The notes: generated by a model not told the origin, from the letters alone. DNA of 64,000 nt from an uncultured Bacteroidales bacterium (GCA_903945175.1 CAJAUM010000106.1:20335-84334), one strand, 5' to 3'. Positions 45,676 to 59,531 are shown, counted from the stretch's first letter. Made by a program: numbers and translations.

Positions 45676-46416
45676 ATGTTACTGGGTTTGATAGGATATC
45701 CATTGGATCATTCATGGTCAGCCAGGTATTTCAACGAAAAATTCAGGAAGGAAGGACGAACTGATAGCGTATATCAGCTGTTTCCGCTTATCAGCCTTGA
45801 TGTTTTTCCCGCATTCCTCCAATCCCATCCTCAACTCTCCGGACTCAACGTAACCATTCCTTACAAAGAAAAGATCATCCCATACCTGGATGATCTCGAT
45901 GAGACAGCCCGTCAGATCGGGGCTGTCAACACCATCAAAATCATCCATGAAAACGGAAAAATCATTACAAAGGGGTTCAACACAGATGCGGGAGGATTTC
46001 TTGAGACCCTGACGGAACAAATTCCACTCAGCCATGCACTGATTCTTGGAACAGGCGGCGCCTCCAGGGCGGTGGCCTTCGCACTGAAGAGCCTGGGTAT
46101 TGGATTCTCATTTGTTTCCAGGAATAACAGGGGACCAGGGATCATTTTATATGATGAACTTTCAGTTGAAGTAATTCATGACAATAAATTCATTATCAAT
46201 ACAACACCGTTGGGAATGTATCCACTTATTACAGAAATCCCCCCCCTGCCATATCAGGGTCTTACTGAGAACCATTTTTTATATGATCTCATCTATAATC
46301 CTGATGAGACCGGTTTCTTAAAACAGGGAAAATTAAGGAATGCAAGCACGATGAATGGCATGCAGATGTTGATCAATCAGGCGGAATTGGCTTATCAGAT
46401 ATTCGAAGCTAGGTAG
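45676..46416 (+). CDS. aroE: Shikimate 5-dehydrogenase
   Basis: GLIGYPLDHSWSARYFNEKF, LNVTIPYKE, GAVNTI and GTGGASRAV motifs. Confidence 0.85.
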   Translation: MLLGLIGYPLDHSWSARYFNEKFRKEGRTDSVYQLFPLISLDVFPAFLQSHPQLSGLNVTIPYKEKIIPYLDDLDETARQIGAVNTIKIIHENGKIITKGFNTDAGGFLETLTEQIPLSHALILGTGGASRAVAFALKSLGIGFSFVSRNNRGPGIILYDELSVEVIHDNKFIINTTPLGMYPLITEIPPLPYQGLTENHFLYDLIYNPDETGFLKQGKLRNASTMNGMQMLINQAELAYQIFEAR

Positions 46417-46681
46417 TTTTTTTATCCTCCTTTTCAGGTTCATCATCCCTTACAACTTCGATCTTAAAATCAGCAACCATGGCAGCCACCGCCCCGGCTG
46501 CAGCCAGCATTGGAGCAAACAGGGCCCCGATCACACCAAATGTGACGGGAATTTCGAAAAACACTTTTCCGGTTTCATCCTTGATGATCAGCTTTCTGAC
46601 ATTTCCTTCATGGATCAGTTGTTTGATCTTTTCAACCAACTCTTCACCCTTTACCCGGAATTCTTCTTTTATATTTTCCAT
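46409..46681 (-). CDS. DUF4342-like small protein
   Basis: 90 aa. ...EGNVRKLIIKDETGKVFFEIPVTFGVIGALFAPMLAAAGAVAAMVA... pattern. Confidence 0.5.
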   Translation of the reverse strand: MENIKEEFRVKGEELVEKIKQLIHEGNVRKLIIKDETGKVFFEIPVTFGVIGALFAPMLAAAGAVAAMVADFKIEVVRDDEPEKEDKKTT

Positions 46682-46711
46682 TTGGGGAGACTTTAGTGTT
46701 CATTTTGTTGA

Positions 46712-48088
46712 TTAACGGATCAGCATTTTCAATAATCTGATCTTATTTTTATAAGGGGCATATCTGGCAGGGATATCTATAAAATTCGATTTTTTCATAA
46801 TCGAGCGGGAGTGTGAGAATACATCAAAACTGAACTTGCCATGGTATTGACCCATCCCGCTGTATCCAACACCGCCAAAAGGCAGGTTATCATTTGCATT
46901 ATGCATGACGACCTCATTGATACATCCGCCACCTGACGAGGTTTTGCCAAGCACCTCGGATTGTTTCGAACTTGATTTTGAGAAATAATACAATGCAAGA
47001 GGTTTCTCGTGTGCATTGACATAGTTTATCACATCGTTCAGGTTATCGAACTCCAACACCGGGAGGATTGGACCAAATATTTCTTCCTGCATGATGGGAT
47101 CATCAGTTTTTACACCATCAATGATGGTGGGGGCCATGTAACATGCGTCTGCATCGACCTCCCCTCCGGCCACGAGGTGTGCTCCTTTCAGATAGGCAGC
47201 CAGTTTTTCTGTTTTCGCTTTTGTGGCAATGTGAACAAAATCAGGACTGTCTTTGGGATTTTCACCAAAATATTCAATGATTTTCTGTTTCATTAACCGC
47301 ATTAGTTCATCCTTCACCTTCCGGTGAACAAAAAGGTAATCGGGGGCGATACAGGTTTGTCCTGCATTGAGATATTTACCCCAGACAATCCGGCTGGCAG
47401 CGACCTTCAGATTGGCATCCTGATCGACTATACAGGGACTTTTTCCACCAAGTTCGAGGGAGACGGGGGTCAGGTGTTTTGAGGCTGCCTCCAGGACAAC
47501 CTTGCCAACCTCCGAACTTCCTGTAAAAAAAATATAATCCCATGGTTGGGCAAGCAAAGCGGTGTTCATCTCCCTTCCGCCGTCAAACATGGTGATGTAT
47601 TCAGGGGCAAAATATTCCCTGATCATTTGGGCCATTACCGCTGCTGTTTTGGGACTGTATACTGACGATTTCAGTACGACGCAATTCCCTGCAGAAATTG
47701 CTCCGACAAGCGGTTTTATCAATAGCTGGAAGGGGTAATTCCAGGGGGCGATGATCAGTACCCGGCCGTATGGTTCCTTGAAAATCCTGCTGGTCGACCA
47801 AAAATGGATCATCTGGTTTGTACAAACATACCGGGGCTTCGACCATTTGCGAAGGTTGCGTATGTGACTGTTTATTTCAGCCAGTACCAATCCAATCTCA
47901 GTTCCGTAGGCTTCGAATTTTGATTTATGAAGGTCTTTCCATAGCGCCTCATACAGTCTCTCCTCATAAGCCAGGATTGCACTTCTTAATCTTTTTAGCT
48001 GAGATAACCGAAAATCGATCTCCTTCGTTTTATGGGTATTAAAAAACAATTTCTGGCTTTCAACTGCCAATTTCACCTGTTCTGTCAT
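46712..48088 (-). CDS. NAD(P)-dependent aldehyde dehydrogenase (class-3 / fatty-aldehyde type, 458 aa)
   Basis: Catalytic Glu in LELGGKSP, catalytic Cys in GQTCIAPDY, EEIFGP, and FTGS cofactor motif. Confidence 0.88.
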   Translation of the reverse strand: MTEQVKLAVESQKLFFNTHKTKEIDFRLSQLKRLRSAILAYEERLYEALWKDLHKSKFEAYGTEIGLVLAEINSHIRNLRKWSKPRYVCTNQMIHFWSTSRIFKEPYGRVLIIAPWNYPFQLLIKPLVGAISAGNCVVLKSSVYSPKTAAVMAQMIREYFAPEYITMFDGGREMNTALLAQPWDYIFFTGSSEVGKVVLEAASKHLTPVSLELGGKSPCIVDQDANLKVAASRIVWGKYLNAGQTCIAPDYLFVHRKVKDELMRLMKQKIIEYFGENPKDSPDFVHIATKAKTEKLAAYLKGAHLVAGGEVDADACYMAPTIIDGVKTDDPIMQEEIFGPILPVLEFDNLNDVINYVNAHEKPLALYYFSKSSSKQSEVLGKTSSGGGCINEVVMHNANDNLPFGGVGYSGMGQYHGKFSFDVFSHSRSIMKKSNFIDIPARYAPYKNKIRLLKMLIR

Positions 48089-48194
48089 ATCATTTAATAA
48101 TCATTTTGATTTAATTCAAAATTACACTTTTTCATTTTACACGGAAAATAAAACTCCGGGCAAAGATTTATTTGGTGATAATAAAAGAAATTAG

Positions 48195-48202
48195 TACATT
48201 TG
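48195..48202 (+). promoter_or_regulatory. Bacteroidota -7 box (TACATTTG) for rpsO
   Basis: TAnnTTTG lies 51 nt upstream of ATG 48253. Confidence 0.4.
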
Positions 48203-48252
48203 CAGCCCGTTTAAAAGGCCTATTAAGTTAATCAGAAACAACACGTACAGCA

Positions 48253-48522
48253 ATGAATTTAGCACCTGAAGTAAAAAAGAAAGCATTCTTAGAACACGGA
48301 AAATCAGAATTTGACAGCGGCTCCGCTGAGGCACAGGTAGCACTGTTTACCATGAAAATCCAGCATCTCACGGAACATCTGAAGATCAACAAGAAAGACA
48401 TGGTGACGGAACGTTCACTGGTAATCATGGTTGGAAAACGCAGGAAGTTACTGGATTATTTGAAAAGCAAAGAGATTCAACGTTATCGTAACATTATCAA
48501 GAAACTCGGTATTCGTAAATAA
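48253..48522 (+). CDS. rpsO: 30S ribosomal protein S15
   Basis: 89 aa. ...GSAEAQVALFTMKIQHLTEHLKINKKD..ERSL..MVGKRRKLLDYL... is canonical S15. Confidence 0.97.
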   Translation: MNLAPEVKKKAFLEHGKSEFDSGSAEAQVALFTMKIQHLTEHLKINKKDMVTERSLVIMVGKRRKLLDYLKSKEIQRYRNIIKKLGIRK

Positions 48523-48548
48523 ACAAATTATTTTCATTATAAATCAAG

Positions 48549-48577
48549 AAAGAGGCAATGTGATTATTGCCTCTTTT
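48549..48577 (+). terminator. Intrinsic terminator/attenuator hairpin between rpsO and pnp
   Basis: Stem AAAGAGGCAAT / ATTGCCTCTTT with a 6-nt loop, followed by a T-run. Confidence 0.7.
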
Positions 48578-48600
48578 AATATCTGAAAGAGACAAAAAAA

Positions 48601-50838
48601 ATGAATGGAATAACAAAAACTTTTACCCTTGCCGATGGTCGCGAGATCAGCATTGAAACCGGCAAGCTCGCCAAGCAGGCCGATGGGTCTGTAGTTGTTA
48701 AGATGGGCGACACCATGTTACTTGCTACAGTTGTAGCCATGCAGGAAGCCAAGGAAAACGTTGACTTCATGCCTTTATCAGTCGAATACCGTGAAAAATA
48801 TGCCGCTGCTGGCAGGTTTCCGGGAGGTTTTTTTAAACGTGAAGCACGTCCATCCGACTACGAAATTCTTATTTCAAGGTTGATTGACCGGGCGCTGCGT
48901 CCTCTTTTTCCCGATGATTACCATGCTGAAGTGCAGGTGATCGTTACCCTGATCTCGGCTGACAAGAATGTTTTACCCGATGCGCTGGCATGCCTGGCCG
49001 CATCCGCCGCCCTTGCTGTAAGCGATATCCCCTTCAACGGCCCCATTTCAGAGGTCAGGGTTGCCAGGATCAACGGCCAATTTGTCATCAATCCGAACAT
49101 TGATGCGATGGCTGAAGCCGATATCGACATCATTGTTGCTGCCTCCATCGACAACATCATGATGGTGGAAGGAGAGATGAAGGAAGTTTCAGAAGATGAC
49201 ATGTTGGAAGCCATCCGCGTAGCGCATGAAGCCATCAAGGATCAATGTAATGCGCAGCTCGAGCTTGCATCGATGATTGAAAAATCAAAAGTAAAAAGGA
49301 TCTATTGCCACGAATCAAACAACCCTGAATTCAGGGAAAAGGTCAAAGCAGCCACCTACCAGAAGGTTTACGATATGGCGGCCAGCGGCAATGCAAACAA
49401 GCATGAACGCAAGAAGATCATCGAAGCCATCAAGGAGGAATTTGTTGCCACCCTCACCGAAGAGGAAAAGGAGGCCAACAAGAACCTGATCGGACGTTAT
49501 TATCACCAAGTTGAAAAAGAGGCCATCCGTAACGCCACCATGGATAACCGCAAGCGTTTGGATGGACGTAAACTCGATGAGATCCGCCCGATCTGGTCTG
49601 AGATCGATTACCTCCCTGCTGCACATGGTTCAGCCATTTTTACCCGTGGCGAAACACAGTCACTCACTACCGTCACACTGGGAACAAAGCTTGATCAGCA
49701 GGCGATTGATGGCGCCATCATCGAAGGGAAGGTAAATTTCATCCTGCACTATAACTTTCCATCCTTTGCCACCGGTGAAGTCAAACCAATCCGCAGTACC
49801 GGCCGTCGTGAGATCGGACATGGAAATCTGGCGCTTCGTGCCTTGAAAAACATGATTCCCCAGGGAGCAGATAATCTTTACACGATTCGCATCGTTTCAG
49901 ATATTCTTGAATCGAATGGCAGTTCATCCATGGCAACGGTTTGTGCCGGTACCATGGCGCTGATGGATGCCGGGGTTAAAATCACCAAGCCTGTTTCAGG
50001 AATTGCGATGGGACTCATCACGGACAACAAACGCTATGTGGTGCTGTCAGACATTCTTGGAGATGAAGATCATCTGGGCGATATGGATTTCAAAGTTTGT
50101 GGTACCCGCGACGGGATTACTGCATGCCAGATGGATATAAAGGTTGATGGGTTATCATTTGATATTTTGCGTGAAGCCCTGCTTCAGGCCCGCCAGGGAC
50201 GCATGCATATCCTCGGTGAAATGGGAAAGACCATTTCGGAACCGCGTCCCGATTTCAAACCATTTGTACCCCGCATTTTCCAGATGAAGGTTCCCAAGGA
50301 ATTCATCGGAGCAATCATTGGCCCCGGTGGCAAGGTGATCCAGGAGATGCAACGCGAAACCGGCACCACCATTGTTATTGAAGAGGTGGGTGAATTCGGG
50401 ATTGTTGACATTGTTGCCGATAACATGGAGGCCCGTGACAAGGTGATTGAAAAGATCAAACGCATTGCCTCTGTAGCAGAAGTTGGTACCGTTTACAAAG
50501 GGAAAGTCAAGAACATACAGTCTTTTGGCGCTTTCGTGGAGATCCTTCCCAATCAGGACGGGTTGCTTCACATTTCAGAAATTGACTGGAAACGATTGGA
50601 AAAAGTAGAAGATGCACTGAAGGTTGGCGATGAAATTGAAGTTAAGCTGATAGAGGTGGATCCAAAAACCGGAAAACTGAAATTATCACGCCGCGCCTTA
50701 CTTCCAAAACCGGAAGGCTATGTTGAACGTAAACCGGAACCGCGTTCGGACAGCCGTCCTGACCGTGGGGATCGTGGTGACCGTGGTCATGACCGCGGAG
50801 GTGACCGTGGTGGCGACCACCGTGGCCCAAGGAGATAA
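48601..50838 (+). CDS. pnp: Polyribonucleotide nucleotidyltransferase (PNPase) with an Arg/Gly/Asp-rich C-terminal tail
   Basis: Two RNase PH domains, a KH domain ([14 protein letters not shown]), and an S1 domain ([15 protein letters not shown]). The tail is [34 protein letters not shown]. Confidence 0.97.
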   Translation: MNGITKTFTLADGREISIETGKLAKQADGSVVVKMGDTMLLATVVAMQEAKENVDFMPLSVEYREKYAAAGRFPGGFFKREARPSDYEILISRLIDRALRPLFPDDYHAEVQVIVTLISADKNVLPDALACLAASAALAVSDIPFNGPISEVRVARINGQFVINPNIDAMAEADIDIIVAASIDNIMMVEGEMKEVSEDDMLEAIRVAHEAIKDQCNAQLELASMIEKSKVKRIYCHESNNPEFREKVKAATYQKVYDMAASGNANKHERKKIIEAIKEEFVATLTEEEKEANKNLIGRYYHQVEKEAIRNATMDNRKRLDGRKLDEIRPIWSEIDYLPAAHGSAIFTRGETQSLTTVTLGTKLDQQAIDGAIIEGKVNFILHYNFPSFATGEVKPIRSTGRREIGHGNLALRALKNMIPQGADNLYTIRIVSDILESNGSSSMATVCAGTMALMDAGVKITKPVSGIAMGLITDNKRYVVLSDILGDEDHLGDMDFKVCGTRDGITACQMDIKVDGLSFDILREALLQARQGRMHILGEMGKTISEPRPDFKPFVPRIFQMKVPKEFIGAIIGPGGKVIQEMQRETGTTIVIEEVGEFGIVDIVADNMEARDKVIEKIKRIASVAEVGTVYKGKVKNIQSFGAFVEILPNQDGLLHISEIDWKRLEKVEDALKVGDEIEVKLIEVDPKTGKLKLSRRALLPKPEGYVERKPEPRSDSRPDRGDRGDRGHDRGGDRGGDHRGPRR

Positions 50839-50907
50839 AATATTGTAACCTTAACCTAAGTTTTACGTAAACCGACCCATATGTAAGGTCAAAAAAATTG
50901 CGTTCGC

Positions 50908-51771
50908 ATGAGGCAGTTAAAAATTACGAAGCAGGTTACCAATCGCGAAACCGCATCCCTGGATAAATATCTTCAGGAGATTGGCAAGGTGGAACTCATA
51001 ACAGCCGACGAAGAGGTAGCTCTCGCCCAACGTATAAAGCAGGGCGACATGGCTGCACTCGAAAAATTGACAAAGGCCAATTTACGTTTCGTGGTTTCGG
51101 TATCCAAACAATACCAAAATCAAGGACTTAGTCTACCTGACCTTATCAATGAAGGCAACCTGGGGCTCATCAAAGCGGCGCAGCGGTTCGACGAAACCCG
51201 TGGTTTCAAGTTCATATCCTATGCCGTATGGTGGATCCGTCAGTCGATTCTTCAGGCATTGGCGGAGCAATCGCGTATTGTTCGTTTGCCCCTGAATAAA
51301 ATCGGATCGATCAATAAAATCAACAAGGCTTACGCGCAGCTTGAACAGCAGTATGAGCGGGAACCGAACGCAGGCGAAATAGCTCTTTTGCTCGAAGTTT
51401 CTGAAAATGAAGTGAAGGAATCGATGCGGAATTCGGGTCGTCATGTTTCCATGGATGCACCACTTATACAGGACGAAGACAATACCATGTACGACGTTCT
51501 GCGCAGCGAGGAAAACACCACTCCTGATAATGGATTGCTTTATGAATCCCTGAAAAAGGAGATAGAACGTGCTGTATCCACGCTCACACAGCGCGAAGCT
51601 GACGTTATCCGTTTGTATTTCGGACTCAATGGCAGCCATCCGATGACCCTTGAAGAGATTGGTGAGAAATTTGACCTTACCCGCGAACGTGTCCGACAAA
51701 TCAAGGAAAAAGCCATCCGCCGATTGAAGCATACTTCCCGGAGTAAGATTTTGAAAACATACCTGGGGTAG
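50908..51771 (+). CDS. rpoD: Primary RNA polymerase sigma factor (Bacteroidota sigma-A, 287 aa)
   Basis: Region 2 [18 protein letters not shown]...[10 protein letters not shown]; region 4.2 [27 protein letters not shown]. Confidence 0.93.
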   Translation: MRQLKITKQVTNRETASLDKYLQEIGKVELITADEEVALAQRIKQGDMAALEKLTKANLRFVVSVSKQYQNQGLSLPDLINEGNLGLIKAAQRFDETRGFKFISYAVWWIRQSILQALAEQSRIVRLPLNKIGSINKINKAYAQLEQQYEREPNAGEIALLLEVSENEVKESMRNSGRHVSMDAPLIQDEDNTMYDVLRSEENTTPDNGLLYESLKKEIERAVSTLTQREADVIRLYFGLNGSHPMTLEEIGEKFDLTRERVRQIKEKAIRRLKHTSRSKILKTYLG

Positions 51772-51773
51772 CT

Positions 51774-52427
51774 ATGTCTCACCTTGTTGCGCCTTCTCTC
51801 CTCTCAGCCAATTTTCTGAATCTTGAGAAAGACATTGCGATGCTCAATCAGAGTGAAGCTGATTGGTTGCACCTCGATGTCATGGATGGAATGTTCGTTC
51901 CCAATATCTCATTTGGGTTTTCCATTATCGAAACAATCAGAAAGGCAACAGACAAACCACTTGATGTTCATCTGATGATCGAGGAGCCTGAGCGTTATCT
52001 TGAACGATTCAGGAAAGCCGGCGCAGATATCATCAGCATTCACATGGAGGCCAGCAAGGATCCTGTTTCAGCCTTAAGGGCCATTAAAAAACTGAATGCA
52101 AAAGCTGGTATCGTCATCAATCCAGCCACCCCTGTCGATGTGTTAAGTGATGTGATCAGGGAGGCGGATATGGTTCTCCTCATGTCAGTAAACCCCGGAT
52201 TTGGCGGACAATCTTTTATTCAGCAGACCTTTCAAAAGATTATAACACTAAAAACCATGATTACCAATCTTGACCTTCAGGTCCTGATTGAAGTAGATGG
52301 AGGCGTTGATCTTCACAATGCAGCTCCCCTGATAAAATCCGGAGTTGATATTTTGGTGGCAGGCAATACCATTTTCTCTTCTGAAAATCCGCATCAAACC
52401 ATCCATCAGCTGAAATCGATCCGTTGA
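51774..52427 (+). CDS. rpe: Ribulose-phosphate 3-epimerase
   Basis: PSLLSANF, HLDVMDGMFVPNISFG, MSVNPGFGGQ, EVDGG. Confidence 0.93.
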   Translation: MSHLVAPSLLSANFLNLEKDIAMLNQSEADWLHLDVMDGMFVPNISFGFSIIETIRKATDKPLDVHLMIEEPERYLERFRKAGADIISIHMEASKDPVSALRAIKKLNAKAGIVINPATPVDVLSDVIREADMVLLMSVNPGFGGQSFIQQTFQKIITLKTMITNLDLQVLIEVDGGVDLHNAAPLIKSGVDILVAGNTIFSSENPHQTIHQLKSIR

Positions 52428-52503
52428 TTTTACCCGTTACTTTTTATTATTCCCGATTCAGCATCACGTTTTTTTCCTATTTTTACAAAAAATATTCTTC
52501 GAA

Positions 52504-53097
52504 ATGGATTTCTGCGGCGTCAGGGATTTTATCCTTCACAGACTGAAAACTGAACTTAACCCAACACTTTATTATCATAGTGTTGAACATACCCTTGATG
52601 TTGGTGAAGCAACCCGCCGCCTAATTGAAACAGAAAATATAGAAAAGAAATATGCCATCCTGTTGGAAACAGCCGCGCTTTTTCATGATGCAGGAATAAT
52701 CGTACAATACATTGATCATGAAGGGGCCTCTGTTACCATGGCAAGAGAAATACTTCCGTGCTATGGATATACCCAAGGCGAAATCGATTACATTACCGGG
52801 TTGATCATGGTCACCAAACTACCACAGCGCCCGGTATCCCTGGTTGAAAAGATCCTGTGTGATGCTGATCTTGATTACCTGGGCCGTGAAGATTTTTTCA
52901 TTCATTCATTTCAACTCCGTTTAGAATGGCAGGTAAATGAGGTAAAAAATTTGCCGCTGTATGATTGGTTCAAATCCCAGGTCGCCTTTTTATCTAATCA
53001 TCAATATTTTACAAAATCTGCCGTAGCTTTAAGAGATGAGCAAAAAAACTTAAACCTGCAAGAATTAAAGCAACTGATTGGTTATATACATCAATAA
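52504..53097 (+). CDS. HD-domain metal-dependent phosphohydrolase
   Basis: YHSVEHTLDV ... AALFHDAG ... CDADLDYLG (H...HD...D pattern). Confidence 0.7.
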   Translation: MDFCGVRDFILHRLKTELNPTLYYHSVEHTLDVGEATRRLIETENIEKKYAILLETAALFHDAGIIVQYIDHEGASVTMAREILPCYGYTQGEIDYITGLIMVTKLPQRPVSLVEKILCDADLDYLGREDFFIHSFQLRLEWQVNEVKNLPLYDWFKSQVAFLSNHQYFTKSAVALRDEQKNLNLQELKQLIGYIHQ

Positions 53098-53150
53098 CAA
53101 GAACTTGCAAGCTAATCATTCAACAATCAAAAACCATAAATCTTTTTATC

Positions 53151-54032
53151 ATGGCAAAAGAACAAAAGGAATCAAAGTATAATAAAATAGTTTTAATTCC
53201 GACCGATTTCTCTGAAGTGTGCGGAAATGCCATATCACATGGTGTAAAACTGGCGAAATTTCTGGGATACAAGGTGTGCATCCTCCACATCATCAACAAG
53301 GAAACGAAAGCAGTCCTGAAAAAGAAAAATGTTGGCGTTGATTATGTAGAATGGCGGCTCAAGGAGTACAAAAAATATTATGAAAAAAAATATGACGTCG
53401 ACATCGATACCTTGTCTGTCGAAGGGAGTATCTTTTCTACCATCAGTGAAGTGGCTACGAAGATCAAGGCCAATCTCATGGTTTTAGGAACCCATGGAAA
53501 AAAAGGGTTGCAGCATGTTTTCGGCAGTTATGCCTTGAAAGTAGTTATTGAATCACCCATTCCTGTGGTCGTTGTGCAAAAACGTTCGTTCCGGGAGGGT
53601 TATAATAACATCATCTTTCCTATTAGCAATGATGTTGAATCGCGCCAGGCTGTGCAATGGGCAAAACTTATTGCCAGACTGTTCAATGCAAAAATCCATA
53701 TTCTCCTCTCTCCCGAAAAAGATTCGGGACTAAAGAGCCGCCTGATGATCATCACCAAGCAGATCACGGATATATTTGACGAGGAAAAGATTCCTTATGG
53801 TGTTACAACGGCATATAAATCTTCGAATTTTGCTGAAGAGGTGATCTCCTATGCTGTTACCCAGCATGCTGACCTCATGATGATTATGACTCGTCCAAAT
53901 GTGGATATTCCCGGCTTTAGCCTCTCCGCCTGGGATGAAAAGCTGATGTTCAATGAAGCACAGATTCCTGTTATGTGTATCAATCCTATTGAACTCGGTT
54001 ATCACTATTACGAGTGGGCCATGCTTGCGTAG
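53151..54032 (+). CDS. Universal stress protein (tandem Usp domains)
   Basis: Two Usp-like halves (KIVLIPTDFSE...LMVLGTHGKKG... and NIIFPISND...LMMIMTRPN). Confidence 0.7.
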   Translation: MAKEQKESKYNKIVLIPTDFSEVCGNAISHGVKLAKFLGYKVCILHIINKETKAVLKKKNVGVDYVEWRLKEYKKYYEKKYDVDIDTLSVEGSIFSTISEVATKIKANLMVLGTHGKKGLQHVFGSYALKVVIESPIPVVVVQKRSFREGYNNIIFPISNDVESRQAVQWAKLIARLFNAKIHILLSPEKDSGLKSRLMIITKQITDIFDEEKIPYGVTTAYKSSNFAEEVISYAVTQHADLMMIMTRPNVDIPGFSLSAWDEKLMFNEAQIPVMCINPIELGYHYYEWAMLA

Positions 54033-54086
54033 CAATTCAGGCAATGCCACGATGCCGAAAATGCAGAAAAGAGGTAACAAACTTTT

Positions 54087-55628
54087 ATGATGAAGCTGAT
54101 CCGGAGATATTGGGATACAAAACCACTTTTTCTGATTATTTCCCTGGCTGTGCTTTTTCGGCTGCTGGCGGCAATTTTCGCCAAAGGCTGGGGGATGTTC
54201 GATGACCATTTTATTGTAATTGAAGCAGCCGGGTCATGGGTAGCGGGCCTTGACTACAATGACTGGCTCCCAGGCAGCCCTGGAAACCATGGCCCCACCG
54301 GACACAACCTGTTCTATCCAGGGGTTCATTTCATCCTTTTCACCATTTTTCATTGGATCGGGATCACAGATCCGCAGACAAAGATGCTTTTCATTCGACT
54401 GATCCATGGCGCTTTATCATTGTTAACAGTTTACTTTGGATATAGAATAGCGGAGACCCTGCAGGATAGAAAGGCAGCACGCCTGGCCGGATTATTGCTT
54501 GCGGTCTTTTGGTTTATGCCATGGATGAGTGTTCGAAACCTCGTTGAAATGGCCTGCGTCCCCTTTCTGATGGCCGGTTATTGGCTGATTATCCGCAAGA
54601 AACTCAACAAACCTATGTTGCTGGATTGGCTGTTCGCAGGCTTGTTGTTTGGTCTGGCTGTCAATATACGACCGCAGGCTGTATTCTTTCCAATCGGGAT
54701 CGGACTGGTTATCCTGTTTCAGCGAAAATGGGGGGAATTGTTGTCACTTTCAATCGGTTCGCTTGTTTGTTTCTCCCTGTTCCAGGGAGGAATTGATTTT
54801 ATCATCTGGGGCAAACCATTTGCAGAGCTCCTTGAATATGTAAACGTTTGTGTAACTGAACGCAATGATTACATTTCACTGCCGTGGTACAACTACTTTC
54901 TGACTATTTTTGCCCTGCTGATTCCCCCGGTCAGTTTTTTCCTATTCTTTGGATTTCTGAAGAACTGGAAAAAGTACCTTTTTGTTTTTCTGCCGACCTT
55001 GCTGTATTTTATATTTCATTCCTATTTCCCCAATAAACAGGAACGGTTTATCCTGCCAATGATCCCCTTGCTGATTGTTTTCGGAACAATGGGCTGGACC
55101 CTGTTTGCTGAAAATTCTGAATTCTGGAAAAAACGGCCGAAACTTTCAGCCTGGAGTTGGGGTTTCTTTTGGACGATCAATGCGATTTTATTGATTACCT
55201 TTACCTTTACCTATTCAAAAAAAGCGCGGGTTGAAGCAATGACCTACCTCTCCAAATACCCTAATATACAGATTATTGCAGTGGTCGACGAAGAGGGCAG
55301 CCCGGAGCAGATGCCTAAATTTTACCTGAATCAATGGCCCGGCTCCTATAATGAACGTTCGCGCGATCCGAGTGCAGATTCCATCCTTGCCCTCGCTTAC
55401 CGCAATCGTATGCATGATCCTCCGCGGTTTATTCTGTTCACCGGAGATAAAGGGATCAAGCCGATGGTGATCAAAGCCAGGCAATATTTCCCCCGTCTGG
55501 TTTATGAGACCACCATTGAGCCCGGATATATCGATCGCTTTGTTCATTGGCTTAACCCTATAAACAAAAACCGCAGGATCTTTATTTACCGGAATAGCGA
55601 AGTTATTCCGCAACGAATGGAAAATTGA
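54087..55628 (+). CDS. GT-C-fold integral-membrane glycosyltransferase (GT22 / PMT_2-like, ArnT-analogous)
   Basis: 513 aa with about 11 predicted TM helices and an acidic first-loop motif MFDDHF. It is in an operon with a polyprenyl-phosphate GT2. Confidence 0.6.
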   Translation: MMKLIRRYWDTKPLFLIISLAVLFRLLAAIFAKGWGMFDDHFIVIEAAGSWVAGLDYNDWLPGSPGNHGPTGHNLFYPGVHFILFTIFHWIGITDPQTKMLFIRLIHGALSLLTVYFGYRIAETLQDRKAARLAGLLLAVFWFMPWMSVRNLVEMACVPFLMAGYWLIIRKKLNKPMLLDWLFAGLLFGLAVNIRPQAVFFPIGIGLVILFQRKWGELLSLSIGSLVCFSLFQGGIDFIIWGKPFAELLEYVNVCVTERNDYISLPWYNYFLTIFALLIPPVSFFLFFGFLKNWKKYLFVFLPTLLYFIFHSYFPNKQERFILPMIPLLIVFGTMGWTLFAENSEFWKKRPKLSAWSWGFFWTINAILLITFTFTYSKKARVEAMTYLSKYPNIQIIAVVDEEGSPEQMPKFYLNQWPGSYNERSRDPSADSILALAYRNRMHDPPRFILFTGDKGIKPMVIKARQYFPRLVYETTIEPGYIDRFVHWLNPINKNRRIFIYRNSEVIPQRMEN

Positions 55629-55629
55629 G

Positions 55630-56760
55630 ATGAACGACCGTAAAAAGATCAATATTGCCCAACCCTCCTTTCTCGGGAACGAAAAAAAATATCTGCTCGA
55701 TACAATCGAAAGTGGCTGGATCAGTTCCATCGGCCCCTATATTGAGAAGTTTGAAAATGAATTTGCCAGGTACCATGGGGTTAAACATGCCATTGCAACC
55801 CACAATGGAACCATTGCCCTTCATTTGGCACTGGTTGCCGCCGGTATAAAAAGCGAAGATGAGGTCATTGTTCCAGACTTCACCTTTGTTGCTACTGCCA
55901 ACAGCGTTCGCTATTGCAATGCCACGCCGGTACTTACCGACGTTGATCCGGGGGACTGGAATATCGCCCCGGAATCAATCAAGGCCAATATCACGTCAAA
56001 GTCGAAAGCCATTATTCCTGTTCATCTTTATGGAAATCCTGCGCGGATGGACGAAATACGCGACATTGCCAAGCAGCATAAGCTCCTCATCATCGAAGAT
56101 TGTGCTGAGGCGCTGGGCGCCAAATACAATGGCGAGAGGGTTGGTATTATGGGAGATATTGGCTGCTTTTCCTTTTTTGGAAATAAAATTATCACCACGG
56201 GTGAAGGGGGAATGTGTATCACCAACAATGATGAACTGGCAGAGCGGATGCGCATTCTTCGCGACCATGGCATGAACAGGACGAAAAAATACTGGTATGA
56301 TCTGCTGGGTTTCAACTACCGGATGACGAATATGCAGGCAGCTGTCGGGGTTGCCCAGTTGGAACAACTTGATGACCTTTTAAAGACACGCGACGATATC
56401 TACCTCTCCTATCAAAATGCATTCAAGGACTCCCCGGGGATCCTTCTTCAGGAAACACATCATCAGCGCAGCGTAAACTGGATATTCACCATACGGATGC
56501 AGGGGTTATCTGAGGCACAGAGGGATGCTGTCATGGCCGATCTGAAAGTTAAAAACATCGATTCACGACCTGTTTTTTACCCCATTCACAAAATGGATTT
56601 CTACCAAAACGGGGGGTTTTGCCGGATGATTCCTTCAGGGAGCAACCTCGTTTCGCAGGAAGGAATCAGTCTGCCAACTTACATTGGTCTCGATCAAAGC
56701 GACATACGCTTTATTGCGGAGACCCTGAAAGAGTCATTGGCCATCCATGTCAATAAATAA
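55630..56760 (+). CDS. DegT/DnrJ/EryC1/StrS-family PLP-dependent sugar aminotransferase
   Basis: NGTIALHLAL, and PLP-Lys context FSFFGNKIITTGEGGM. The start is 1 nt after the preceding stop. Confidence 0.88.
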   Translation: MNDRKKINIAQPSFLGNEKKYLLDTIESGWISSIGPYIEKFENEFARYHGVKHAIATHNGTIALHLALVAAGIKSEDEVIVPDFTFVATANSVRYCNATPVLTDVDPGDWNIAPESIKANITSKSKAIIPVHLYGNPARMDEIRDIAKQHKLLIIEDCAEALGAKYNGERVGIMGDIGCFSFFGNKIITTGEGGMCITNNDELAERMRILRDHGMNRTKKYWYDLLGFNYRMTNMQAAVGVAQLEQLDDLLKTRDDIYLSYQNAFKDSPGILLQETHHQRSVNWIFTIRMQGLSEAQRDAVMADLKVKNIDSRPVFYPIHKMDFYQNGGFCRMIPSGSNLVSQEGISLPTYIGLDQSDIRFIAETLKESLAIHVNK

Positions 56761-56766
56761 CCCGAG

Positions 56767-59531
<2,765 letters not shown>

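Noticed and set aside
48091-48110. The AATCATTTT core as a general LexA-like operator (also seen at 16606 and 24817)
   Set aside because: A 9-mer this AT-rich recurs in several unrelated AT-rich intergenic regions, so by itself it is not evidence of regulation. Only the 14/15 match of the longer 15-mer and the palindromes at the two polymerase-related loci are reported.
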